Part shown: piece by piece, positions 38,298 to 50,500 of the stretch | How the letters are laid out: every line of letters begins with the position of its first letter | Numbering within the stretch: position 1 is the first letter of the stretch | Assembly: GCA_965644295.1 (NCBI GenBank) | Contig: CBFFRP010000287.1 | Location: 63,815 to 127,814 of the forward strand | Length of the DNA: 64,000 bases | Direction: 5' to 3' | Origin: Paraphysomonas bandaiensis | Lineage: Eukaryota > Protista > Chrysophyceae | Position numbers and translations under genes: made by a program | Notes under the pieces: generated by a model | Database searches by the model: none | Seen by the model: the letters and a program-made list of their open reading frames with translations, nothing else | Told to the model about the DNA's origin: nothing

Positions 38298-39522
38298 GTT
38301 AGTAAGAATCTTGATATTTAGATGTAATATATGAGCACAAATCGTTATCAATTTATGTGTGATTGAGACAATGGATGAGCGGTTGAGTGCAGTGTGGCGT
38401 CACAGTTCTGTGAATATCATGGGAAATTTCACCATATAAGATAATTCTACCCAATGAAATATCGTGTAGCTAATATAATTCGTCAAATTTGAAGGTGGTT
38501 TTTTTGCACCAAATTTTCGAGGGTGAAATTACAGATACCGGAGTTTTTGTATAATCTACAGCAAAAAGTGTACCTTGTTGGTCTGTTGGTTGCATCCCTC
38601 GACGCATTGTCGTGCACAGAGTTGAAGTTGCTCTCATAGTATCTTGCACCATACATAGATACCATACCAGTATTGTCACAGCTTGCCGGACAATAATGCC
38701 ACACCACTTGGTGCAAGGAATTCCAAGAAGCACAGTAAGTAGTGAGAGCATATGCAAAGTATACTCTTACGAATTTGGTTGACGGTTTCGTGAATGCATA
38801 TGATTTCTGTCAATGATGTCATACAGGACTGGCGAATATTACGTGGGACCGCTAAATGTCTGTCCTGGCATTTGGATGAGTACTTAGACAGTTGTCGTTG
38901 TCAAATTCGTCTCCATATAGAACTGTATGTCACTCGCTCAACAACATGATTAAGATGACTCTCCATGACAACCATATGTGCCAATGTTGTCGAATGGATA
39001 ATCTGAACAATGCAAATCAAATGGAGTACTCTGTCAGTGTGGCGAACGATCGTCGTCGAGTTTTTTTTCCAATCCTCGGTTATAGCATCTTAAGAGAATT
39101 ATTCATGAGTAACTTGTACTAATACGGTACTAACACGATTGTATGCTTATTAGAAAGGATACCAATCGTGTTCTATTTTCTATGTTCGTAGTCGTTACTC
39201 TTTCGGAATGACACCATTAGTCAATGCTGCTTTATCGAAGGTACGAAAGAATCGCACAATTTATAATTTAAATTGTTAATAAAATGAATCCCAACATCTT
39301 TACAATACAAAAATATAGCAATAAATTATTATTATAGCGTGAACAACCGCCTTCTAAATCTGATTTGTTACAATTTGATACTACTATATTAATAACTGGT
39401 AAACTAATCGAAAAACGTATAGGTCTGCTTACTCTTCCGTGAGGGTTAGTGGTATAAGAACCCTTTGTGTGATTAGTAAACGATAATATTAAACGCATTA
39501 TAAAATATGGAAGAATTAAAAG

Positions 39523-39704
39523 TCCTATTATTAGCAATAGGCGTTAAAAATTTGCACCAGATTAGTAGCTAGATGGACAAACAAGTCAAGCTAGATAAGC
39601 ATCTACCATATACCATTTACTAACTAATGTAAACTCTTATATCCTACTATTTAACGCTACGAGAATTGCTTGTGCATCGCCGCAAGCACCAAGGTGCAAC
39701 CATT
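39523..39704 (-). mobile_element. 3' fragment of the retroposon family (copy F)
   Basis: Reverse complement of GGTTGCACCTTGGTGCTTGCGGCGATGCACAAGC..GTAGCGTTAAATAGTAGGATA..CGCCTATTGCTAATAATAG. Confidence 0.78.
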
Positions 39705-40675
39705 CTTACTATATGATAGATGTGTATGTAGGGACGATGTACAACGTGCAGCATGACAAGTGAAAGCAGTGATATAAGTCAACTACTACCACACGGGAAA
39801 CGTGTACATATATTTTGTGCAATTTGCATCTGGGACTGCCTTATGTGCCTCACGGTAACCAGGGGAAACAGCAATATAACCTTTTGAGTTTGGCAATCTG
39901 GTGGCCTTCCCTTAGGCATTGTGGCTCGGAGGTATGTAGAGATGATGGTCTTGCAAAAGGTGTTGACCTACTGTGAAAAAGCGTCGGAATCGACTCTTTT
40001 GCTGACTTAGCCAGTAGCAGAGAACATATGGAAGAGAGTGAGTAGTTGGACACCAGTGGAATACGCGGGTTCTCTGGTGTATCCGAGAAGATTTACTTTT
40101 TCAAACAATAACAGGTTACATGACATTGGATATTAATTATTAATAAAAGTATGCTTATTGTTTACACAATTGAAAAAGGTTGAGGCATTAACAAGATTCT
40201 GAGAATAAGTTTACATCACCAAAATTCAGTGCTCTATCTTCATTAATACTTCATAATGCGTTTAGGAATATTAAACATGAGATCTCTAACGCAGAAACAA
40301 TAAAATATACATTTATCCTAGCATTCTGTTAGTATTTGGTTTCAACCTGTAAACTTTAGTGTCTGTTGAATTATCCTTGACCGTGAGGTTTGATGTAAAA
40401 CACCTTTACTTTTTAGCATTCTACTTGTAAAAAGACGACGATTTTATACAATATGAGTTGCCGAATACTAAATTGTATGAAGTTATTACACTGAAGTAAT
40501 CTACATATGCTCTCGTTAGATGGCTACATTCTAGTTCTATGACTATATCACAGTAATAAAGCATAATGCTCCCATGAGGATAATGCAACTCTACAATGAA
40601 GTCCAGTTCTTCTTGGTATAAGAAGTGCACAATAAAATACTACATCAAAACTTCGAAGATGTATGAAACATAACT

Positions 40676-43210
40676 TTAATAACCTGAAATAGCTTTAACA
40701 TTCGCTTGTACGCCACCTTTTGACCAAAACTCGTTTCCACTCAAAAAGTCTGGTCTCACTATTTTACCTCTATTCTCAAGCCACTGCGCATCTGCATCAT
40801 TTGCCCTAATGTATACTCCTTCTACTGGTCCATCATAAAATATTGACGGCGAATTTACGAGGGCTCTAAGCTCTTCCATAGAACGAAAACTTTTGTGTGC
40901 AATTATTGGAATCAACGGCAGTGTGCATTGCTCCTTCTCAAGGTGGGCTTGCAATCGAGGTCGACTCCAGAACTTCTGTTCCAACCGATCATACAAGTCA
41001 AATATCACAAACCAGTCAGGCAGTCGCGTGTAGTGTATTGAATGGCGAGCATAAACCCACTCCCCGTAGAGAATATAACGATCAGACTCGAGAACTCGCC
41101 AGAGCTCGTCTCCATGCTTGTGAAGCCATTTATCCAGATGTTTGAATTGCGCATGGTACTCAGAGGTAACAAAGTGGCTCCTATTCTGAGCACAGAGTCT
41201 ACCGTTTCGAATACATAATCCCATATTAGCTCCATCAATTTTCTCCTCCACAAACACTTCTCGATTTAGAAACTTATCGGTCACTTCTCCTGTAGTCATT
41301 ATCAAATCATCTCGTGTAGCGGATCCCAGATTGACAACATGTCGTGTACGAGGAAATTTAATAAGTCCTTCTTCCTCTGGAATAGTACTAACAGGTGTGA
41401 TATTACATCCCCACTCTCGCAATAGCGCATTGCAATCCTCAAAACTACTCACAGTGAGAACTTTATCGAATCCTTCCTCGACTGTCGGTTCTTCCAATGT
41501 TCCCGCAAGGCTGTCGATAATCCTTCCCCCTCCCCCCTGGCGAATGGTTGGATGTCCACATCGCCTAACGATTCTCCATCGGCACTCTTCTACAGACGCA
41601 GTAAACAGTACAGCCCATGCCTTGCGTTGATGTGCCAGAGCAAGCCACTCTTTTCTCTCTGTACGTGTGAGATTGCATCGATCCAATATAACAGTGTGAC
41701 CTCTGCGCTTGGACAGTAATCCAACTTTTTCTTCACAGTCTCTTCTACTAGACTCGTCCTGATTTGCGCGGTGAATATGATTCGGATAGCACCGAGACAG
41801 TGCATCTGCAAAGGTTGATTTGCCACTGGACGGGTATCCCACTAGTATAATGACAGGAGGGAGTTTGAGTCCTGGTGGAGGCATGCAGTTATTCGTTGCA
41901 GTATTGTACTCTATCGCTGCTTGCTTTAAACATACTTCATACCAGTCACTCAAAAAGCTCTCCTGAGAAGAGCTTAGGATAGTTTTTCTGTGCTGAAGGC
42001 GGGAGATAGCGTCTACTCTCGAAATCGACTCACTCCACATTAAGCGGGCTACAAGTGCTGTAGCGGTTCGGCCAACCCCTCCTTGACAGTGAATGCAAAC
42101 AGATCCTACAGCATTCTCACATACTCTCATGATATCCTGCATTTGGGTAATAGTAGGAGGTGTACGGTCAACGACGTCGTAGAAATGGTAGGCTAGTGGT
42201 AGATTACTGTAGATTCTGGGTAGAATTGGGTCCTCCATCAGAGTAATAACATCTGTGACCCCAACCGCAACCAAAGACTCGAAATACTCCCGTCTATCCA
42301 AAATAGATGATCCACAGAGATTACTCGAGACGAAGCTGAAATTACGAGGCATATCTTTGTACGTGATGTCATATCGACCATCTTGGACTATTTGGGTACT
42401 TGTGTAAAGACGTCTCAAACGATGGAACGGTTTCATACTGGTTATATTGTAATTCAGTGCACTACACACCAACTCCCCATAATCGGTCCTATCATTGGAA
42501 ACATCATTTTCTGGAGGTAGGATTTTGCAGGAACCGGGACAGTCTGAAACCACTTGCTCCAAAATATCGTAACACACCTGCTTATCACCGTGCTGTTCAC
42601 ACGCATACTTCGCCACATAGAATGCACCAAACAGATACCCCTCGTGCATTGCAAACTCTGCCATACTAGTATAGTGCAGTCGACCTCGCACAATGGCGCT
42701 ACTAGGTGCAGAAAGAATCATTTCGATTGCCCTGCACAACTGCAATCTACAGTCACGTGGAGGGATGACTAGAGTGGAGAAATCCTTCCTCTCCTCATGA
42801 CAATCACCACTATTGCTGAATCCGAGTGTTATATGAAAATCACACGGCCCAAGGCCATAGTTTCGTCGCAGTTTCTGAAGCTTTGGCGAGTAAATAACGA
42901 CATGATGTGTGTCTTTAGTCGTTTCACCGACCCCCAAATCTATTAACTTAACCTGATGGACCGTCTCGTTAAGAATATCCACTGAAACAGAAGGGATTTT
43001 CTTGAATTCCTGAGAGAAAATAACTGTTAAGTGGTGATTCTTTCCATCTCGAGTCAGTCGATTCATCCGGTGTGAAGCATATTTGTCGCTATCATCATAT
43101 CCATGCACCCATTTCTCTGCTATTTCATCTATCTCTTGACCAAACAACGCTAAGCTACCTCGATGTTGCACGAAATGTAGTCTGCAATTATCTGGGCGTG
43201 ATTTATCCAT
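40676..43210 (-). CDS. 'Swiss-army-knife' RNA end-healing/sealing enzyme: 2H phosphoesterase + Cys-based phosphatase + P-loop kinase + ATP-dependent RNA ligase
   Basis: HLT/HIT pair (2H); HCQGGVGRT (CX5R); GYPSSGKST and ILDRCN (kinase); KFPRT, KIDGAN, YGEW, FDL, EGVYI and KIVR (ligase motifs). Intronless; first in-frame ATG at 43210. Confidence 0.9.
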   Translation of the reverse strand: MDKSRPDNCRLHFVQHRGSLALFGQEIDEIAEKWVHGYDDSDKYASHRMNRLTRDGKNHHLTVIFSQEFKKIPSVSVDILNETVHQVKLIDLGVGETTKDTHHVVIYSPKLQKLRRNYGLGPCDFHITLGFSNSGDCHEERKDFSTLVIPPRDCRLQLCRAIEMILSAPSSAIVRGRLHYTSMAEFAMHEGYLFGAFYVAKYACEQHGDKQVCYDILEQVVSDCPGSCKILPPENDVSNDRTDYGELVCSALNYNITSMKPFHRLRRLYTSTQIVQDGRYDITYKDMPRNFSFVSSNLCGSSILDRREYFESLVAVGVTDVITLMEDPILPRIYSNLPLAYHFYDVVDRTPPTITQMQDIMRVCENAVGSVCIHCQGGVGRTATALVARLMWSESISRVDAISRLQHRKTILSSSQESFLSDWYEVCLKQAAIEYNTATNNCMPPPGLKLPPVIILVGYPSSGKSTFADALSRCYPNHIHRANQDESSRRDCEEKVGLLSKRRGHTVILDRCNLTRTERKEWLALAHQRKAWAVLFTASVEECRWRIVRRCGHPTIRQGGGGRIIDSLAGTLEEPTVEEGFDKVLTVSSFEDCNALLREWGCNITPVSTIPEEEGLIKFPRTRHVVNLGSATRDDLIMTTGEVTDKFLNREVFVEEKIDGANMGLCIRNGRLCAQNRSHFVTSEYHAQFKHLDKWLHKHGDELWRVLESDRYILYGEWVYARHSIHYTRLPDWFVIFDLYDRLEQKFWSRPRLQAHLEKEQCTLPLIPIIAHKSFRSMEELRALVNSPSIFYDGPVEGVYIRANDADAQWLENRGKIVRPDFLSGNEFWSKGGVQANVKAISGY

Positions 43211-43823
43211 AATGTAACGGTGCAACTTAAGATATGATGTCTCTTGAACTTGAATATGAAGGACAAAAGAAATGGTTTTACTGTTGGAGTCTCGTAGCCG
43301 CAGAGTGTCTGTTTCTATCAAACCGACAGGAAAACTCCTGTGGAAATTTTCGCAACACACACACAAGCTTCAGTTTTTATGACACATCATTTTAGGTGTA
43401 AAATTCCACTGGTCTTGAAAAACTGCAGGTATTAAGCCAAAATTAAGGTCCAGGTATAAAAAGGTCAATTTTATAGAACATCCATACTCCGCTGTATATT
43501 ATTGACAATACATTTCCCAAAATTCTATATTTTGTGTGTAAACTACTCACATAAAACTAAAATATCTCACAATTCCAGAAAATAGTAGCGCTTTTCTTTC
43601 CCAATATCTGAATTTATTCATATCTCATGGATATTCATATATAAAGATAGGTATTTCCAAGATGTTCCGTTTCCTCCAATCACACACATGGAATGATGTG
43701 GACATACAATCTAAACATATGGAACCTCAGGCATGATGGCAATGAAGAATCTCATCATATATGCACAGTGTATAGATCACAATTACTGTTATCATAGTTA
43801 GTTATAGGAGTATTAGAATACTA

Positions 43824-46823
43824 ATGGAGATGGACTGTGGAGAAGATAGTAGCTCTTCTATTCGGAATTATGAGAAGTTAACCTCTGCTAGTGGTGATGG
43901 GGGATGGCTCGCAGATGCAGATAGTAATATAGGTCTAGGGATAGATGATGATGAGACTGGGGACCTTGCTCTTAACCCTGTTAACATACATCGTCGGGAA
44001 ACAGCTCATGAGTTCGAAGCAGGACCACATGCAGATTTTTATGATGGGAAAAGTCCAACCAAACGACCATCAATGGCCGATCTGCTTGAGAAGGGAGAGA
44101 ACTATGGGACAGTCGATGAGCCATTAAAGAATTTGCTTGAACGCGTTCAGCCTTCATCTCAAGTTGGATACAAGTTTGGATGGATAGAAGGTGTATTTAT
44201 TCGATGCACGTTAAGTATATTTGGTGTGGTTATGTTCTTGAGACTCAATTGGGTCATGGTGAGAAAACTGCGGGTGATTTCCTAACTTCATCCTAACAGC
44301 GTTATTCTAAGGCACAAGCTGGACTTGGAGGTGGATTAATGGTGATAATTTATTCGACAACTGTTACTGGTATTACAACGACGTCGCTCTCGGCTATTTC
44401 AACTAACGGGCGACTACCTGCTGGTGGTATTTACTACATGGTAAGTCGTCAGCTTGGCTCCGATATCGGCGTCGTTGTAGGAGCAACACTTTTTATTGCT
44501 CAGTCGTTTGCAGTGGCCATGAATTTAGTTGGTGTGGCAGAGTCTGTCGTCAACCTGCAGTCTGAATACATGATCGACAAGGAATGGGACGGAAAGATAT
44601 TCGCTCTCATTGGACTCTTACTTGTACTCTTTGTTGCATTCAACGGAGCCCAACTCGAAATTCACCTTCAGAAATTTCTATTCTTTGTGATGTCACTTGC
44701 GCTTCTGAATTTTTTTATAGGAGTTCTAGTCCAGAAAAAAGACGACGACTTCGGTAGTACTGGTATTAGTTCCAAGTCTCTAAATGACAATAGTGACCCC
44801 AATTATTCCTCGGGGGAGTCATGGGTGACTGTGTTTGGGGTGTTCTTTCCTGCAGGTTAGTGGAATGTAGTTCAAAATATACGAGTTACGTGATTTGTGC
44901 TTACGTATTCAGTGACGGGCATTGTAGCTGGCTCCAGTATATCTGGAGATCTCGCGAATCCATCCGAAGCCATACCAAAGGGAACTTTTCTTGCCGTAGC
45001 TGTAACAACGTTTGTTTACTTACTGATGGCAGTTCTTCTCGCTGCTAGTTTTAATCCAGAAGGTCTGGCAAATATATCCACACAAATCGATGCCATCGAT
45101 ATATCACTTATACCTGCTATCGGAACTGCTGGAATATTTGCTGCAGGGCTGTCATCCGCACTGGCATTGATCGTTGGTGCTCCCAGAGTACTTATGGCCC
45201 TCGCTCGAGACGATTTACTTGAAGTATTGGAACCTCTCAAGAAAGGGTATACTGCAAAAGACGAGCCTCTCAGAGGCTATGTGTTTGTATTAATCATCGC
45301 GATATTAGCAATTCTCTTTTTGGATCTCAATGCCGTGAACCCCATTGTGACAAACTTCTACCTATTACAATACTGTGTTGTAAATTATGCTGTTGCATCA
45401 GCTGAATTTTCTAAAACCCCTGGTTGGCGCCCATCATTCAAGTACTATCATGCTTATTTGTCTGTACTCGGCTGCATTTTGTGTGCTGCTAGTATGTTTA
45501 TGGTGAGAGGTTTTCTATTTGTACAATATCCAGTTGTAACAATGGTCTAGGTTGATTACATCACCGCATTCGTCACGTTTGTTGTTGCTGCGTTTTTATT
45601 CAATTATGTGAGATATTTTCGACAGCCTGACGTGAACTGGGGTGAAAGTTCACAAGCAGCCCGACACATGAAGGCAGTGCGTGCGATGTACGAATTAGAG
45701 GGTATACGATGTGCATCGTGCTGTTGTGTAAATAATATGGAATGCTGTCAGATACCAAAGCGCATGTGAAGAACTTTCGTCCCCAATACTTGGTTTTGAC
45801 TGGAGACCTCAGGAAGTCTCCTGACTTAGTGATTGCAATGCAACTGCTCAGGAAATCACATGGTGTCATGATAGCTGGGCATGTAAGTAAACATGTACAG
45901 TGCTAAGTTTTGCGGCATTAATATTTTCATGGAAATAGGTAATCCCTGGGAATATACAAGATGATCATGATGAGTATATGCGCGTATTAAACAGTAATAC
46001 TCTGAAGGATTTGAATGTAAAGGGGTTCAATAGTGTGGTAATGTCGCCTAATTTACTTAACGGAGTTCACGCTTTGCTACAAATCTCTGGCCTTGGTAAA
46101 CTTCGGGCGAATACTGTTGTTATTGGCTTCAAGCGATCCTGGAGACAAGCTTCTGAGGAAAGCGTAAGTGTTGAATTTCTTTACAATCTCTAGCTGCAGT
46201 CATTATATACTACTCAGAATGTGGAATACATTGAAATTATTCGGTCGTGTATGGTCACCAAGCACGGAGTAGCGGTGGTGCGCAACTTGACTATTGACTA
46301 TCGAGTTGTAGACAACAGTACACGTACGACTATTGATGTGTGGTGGCTCGTGGAGGACGGTGGTTTAACTCTTCTCATTGCCTACCTGCTCTCTCGACAT
46401 CAGGTATTCCGTAGTCGCAACACTGTTCTACGTGTCTTCTCTGTTGCTGAACCGGAAGACATTTACTCAGAGAAGAGTCGACTACAAAGCCTAATGGACC
46501 TTTTTCGCATTGACGCCCTTGTTCAAGTTGTTTCGAATATGGATATTGATGTATCCAACTCCACCAAGTTACAGTTCAAGGAGTATTCTAGCTTGTCCGA
46601 AGATGAAATCGAGCGAAGCAGCCGCATCACGTACTTCATGAAACTTTCAGAGCAGATGAAAATTCACTCTGGTGCGGCATCTCTTGTTGTAGCTTCGCTT
46701 CCAGTGCCGCGCATGAGAGTTCCCACGAAGGAATATTTTGCCTACTTGGAGATGCTTACAGACGGACGACCAACATTTCTGATACGTGGAAATCAAGAGA
46801 CTGTATTGACGTACTACTCATAG
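43824..46823 (+). CDS. SLC12 cation-chloride cotransporter (NKCC/NCC-like)
   Basis: KFGWIEGVFIRC..IFGVVMFLRL, GGIYYMVSR.LG, FGVFFPAVTGI, GDLANPSEAIPKGT, PGWRPSFKYYH, HVKNFRPQ, IDVWWLVEDGGL and RGNQETVLTYYS; several short introns. Confidence 0.93.
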
Positions 46824-47582
46824 ACTTACTTGTGCACGAATATTCTTCTGAGAAATCTGTAGACTGAGCAGGTTGCGATATACCACGATTATAAAGCGTG
46901 AGTTGTGAGATTTAAATTAATTCTAATTTTGATACCACTCACTGTTGACACACTGATGTTGAAGTTGTTCGCATACGCTCCAATGATCCAGGATTCGCAA
47001 TGATAACGTCAGAAAAGTAATTAACTAATAATAACGCTTTATATCGTGAGTCATTGTTAACTACTATAATAGTAAGAATGCAAGTAACAATGTAATATGC
47101 TTTTAAAAATCAATTTCAGATATATTCCATAAGCAACACCTGCTCATTCTGACAGCTGACAGTCATCTGAAATATTAAATTTCTGCAGAGTATGCTGATT
47201 GCTGATATACGGAATTTAGTACCAACACGCGAAACATTGGCATGATATTTTGGTTCATTTCTGCAAAAGTGTTGACTATGTTTTGCTGGCACCAACTCAA
47301 CATTATTTCATCATCTAGTTTAAGACACATCTTGTCTTATAGTCAGACGATCTCGTTAATATCGTCACTGAAAGAGGTTAAAAAATTACCCCATTCTGTA
47401 TGAATTTACTTCCTTGTTGCTTATATGATCAGTGGCCTTGTAAAGTTTCGTACAACATATCGTATTATAATATAGCATTTCGGAATAATAGTTATAAGTA
47501 GTAAAATTTCATATGCATACAAAACGAACTCTATCTTCTCAATCTAATTTCGTCCTACTTTTTATCTAAAGAACAATAATGA

Positions 47583-50500
47583 CTAAGAAGTTACATGAAT
47601 TTCTTCCTTTTCCTCTTCGGGTTTACTCTCTTGTACATATCTATCTAAAAACTCTGATGGTATTCCACCAACTTGGGCATACTGTTTAATTCGCTCGTGC
47701 ATCGTTTGGGTAGAGAAATAATCAGCTTGAGCAGGTGATCGACGACTACCTGAACTAGAAATACTCGGTCGTCGACCCGTAGATGTTGAACGTCGCAAAT
47801 GAGAGGCCCCTCGTCTGTCTAACGGGCTTGACACAACAGGAGCATTGCCAGTTAAAGATCCTGCAGCAGCAGATCGTTTGTATAAATCCTGAGATAATAT
47901 TCTCAAGTTAGTGTAGAATTCAGCCGTGAATTGAGGGTTGGAATCGTCGGACATATCCGACGGATTAACCTTAACAATATAATATTAACACAATATGTAA
48001 CGTGGGATTAGAAAACATACCTTTATGTGAGATAGTGCATGGATAGCAACTAATCCAAAGTCACCAGATGAGGAAAGACGAGTCGTGTGAATATACAAGA
48101 CCTGCGAGCTTTCGTCGTAGAGATAGCTGTTCTTGAAAGAATTGTTTGCTAAATCAGACGGAGGCAAAGAACTTGCTGCTTCAATTTTGACATGTGTTAA
48201 ACCAATCATTTCCGCCAAATGACGTCCGAAGTCCAACCGGGCATGTTCTTGTACCGACAACTTGTCATCACTAACCACAACTAATGCCTCACCCTGAGGC
48301 GGATTACTTGAGTCCACATATACACCAGGAGATATTCGAGGTGACTCCACCTTCTTCTCTGGTAAAACTGTAGATTGCGAGGCTGTTTGTGGATCCTTGT
48401 TTAGAATGCCACTAACTTCCAGTGCGGACATGATACGATCAATTCGCTCTATTTTAGCGGTATCCAAGCCCCCCCCTTGTGACAACGCCCCCCCATTCTC
48501 CAACACACTTATAACTTTATTGATACGTTCTAACTTTGCATCAATAAGTTGAATCGTTTGTGCCACAGCAGGTGACATATCCGCGCTTTGTAGAATGTTT
48601 CCAGATGTTGATAAAGGTTTTTGAGATTGTGTATCCGATCTCTCGTCAACAGTAGGCAATGGTGCCGTCGATGATGACATACCTGAAGTCGCTACCTGCT
48701 TCTTGGCAGCCATTTTAGTCTTCCTCTGCATTGCTAGGCGTGATTCAAGCTTCGACTTCCGCCGAGACCTTTCATGATCTAGAGATTGATTAACTGCACT
48801 TAAGTCTTTCTCAAACTTAGCTAATATTCTCTGTTTTTCCTCATTGTGGAGCTTTCCGGCCTCGTCTTGTTGCTTCTTTTCGAATTCCTCCTTCTGTTTC
48901 AACAAGTTTTGGCGTTTCAGTTCAATCTCTGAAGTCTCCTTGGTTTGTTCTTCCTCTAACTGCTTCTTCATCTTTTGAATGTGCTCTTCGTGCTGGCTAC
49001 GGAGCTGTGATTCTGTCTCTTCTCGCTCCTTTTGAATTTTCTCTGCAGCTGAAGCTTTCTCCGCGGCCAACCGGGCACGATACTCCGCCATAATCTCGAC
49101 CTGGCTTTTTCCCATGTGCTCATTCAGCTTTGCCAACTGTTCCGGATCTGAGTACATATTAATCGCAACAGAGACCTCTTCGAGCTGCTTTTGTCGAAGC
49201 GACATTTGTTGTTGCGTATGTTCTCGCTCTAGCATAAGCACAGCACGCTCCTCAGCTTCTGCTTGCTTCTTACTGAATTTTGTATCTAAATCATTCAATG
49301 AGAGCTTGATGAAATCATCTGTTGACTTTCTCGAAACAAGCTTGTCAACTAAATCAATACGTGCTTCAGCCTTTTCTTGCATGACAGTCTCTACAGCAGT
49401 TTTCAGCGCATTCACTCGTTGATCGAAGTGCTTTTTAAGAAGATCAGACATTTCTGCAGAGTGCCGATCTCGTAAAATTGCTTGGGCGGCTTCACTGAGA
49501 TGATTTTCTGGCACAAGACCTTTTCCAAGAGTTTCTCTGAAACAGTGGTCTTCCTTCGCACGATCGACAAGATCCATGCTGTCCGCTGCCGCGGCAGCTT
49601 CCTGTAGCCTCTCTGTCCAAAGCATTTTAGCTTGGCGTAATTTCTCTTTTTCTTCTTTTTCAGCAGCTTGTTTCTTCGCCAGCTCTGCTAGAGCACGCTC
49701 CTCTTGTTCCTTTAGCTCGCGCTCCTTTCTCGCTCTTTTTTCAGCCAAACGGTTTTCAAGGCGTTCTTTGCCTCCATGGATTTTGGCTGCTTCTCCTTCT
49801 AGTCGTTTCTTATCTTCCTTCTCCAATATTTCATGGAGGCGCTGTACTTTTCGTTGGTTCGCTTCTTCTTCAGCTCGTGTTTTGAGAGCTCGCTCTGTCT
49901 CCAATGCCGCTTCACGCGCCGCTGCAGCAGCAGCTTCCAACTCCTTTTCACGTGCTGCTAGCAGTGCAGCCTCCATCTCTTGTGCGTGCTTCTCTTCAAG
50001 TTCCGTTAGTAACTTCGATGTTTCCGATTCCTCGTTGTTTTGTATGGGTTCAACAGCATCTGCTTCTACATCAGAAACTTCGATCTCTTCGACAACAGAG
50101 TCCAGCTGTTTCTTCCTTTTGGCCTTCTTGTTTAGCCTCGACTTCAAGTTAGAACATTGGGCTTTGCGATCTGAAGCAAGTTGATCACGCAGCCGGCGTA
50201 ATTCTGCTTCGTGCTGTTCACGTAGACTATTTATGGCGTTCTGAGCGTTCGATCGTTCAGACGCAGCAAGAGCAGCTTTTTCAGCTGCTTGAATGTATTC
50301 TGCATCCAATTCTTTTCGAATTTTTTCGTCTAACTCCTTCTTCTTGGACTCAACTGCCGCAATCTCTTCTTTATTCAGACGATCCGTCAGCTCTTGTCGT
50401 CTCTTCTCGTCAATCGCTCTGGCTTCTTCTAACTTCGTCCTCATTTCATCATCTCCGACGCCAGAAGTTTGTAGTTCCGACTCGTGAGTACTACTTTCTT

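Noticed and set aside
38470-39122. Cys/His-rich short ORFs upstream of ArfGAP as a gene
   Set aside because: No consistent frame, splice model or recognisable domain could be built.
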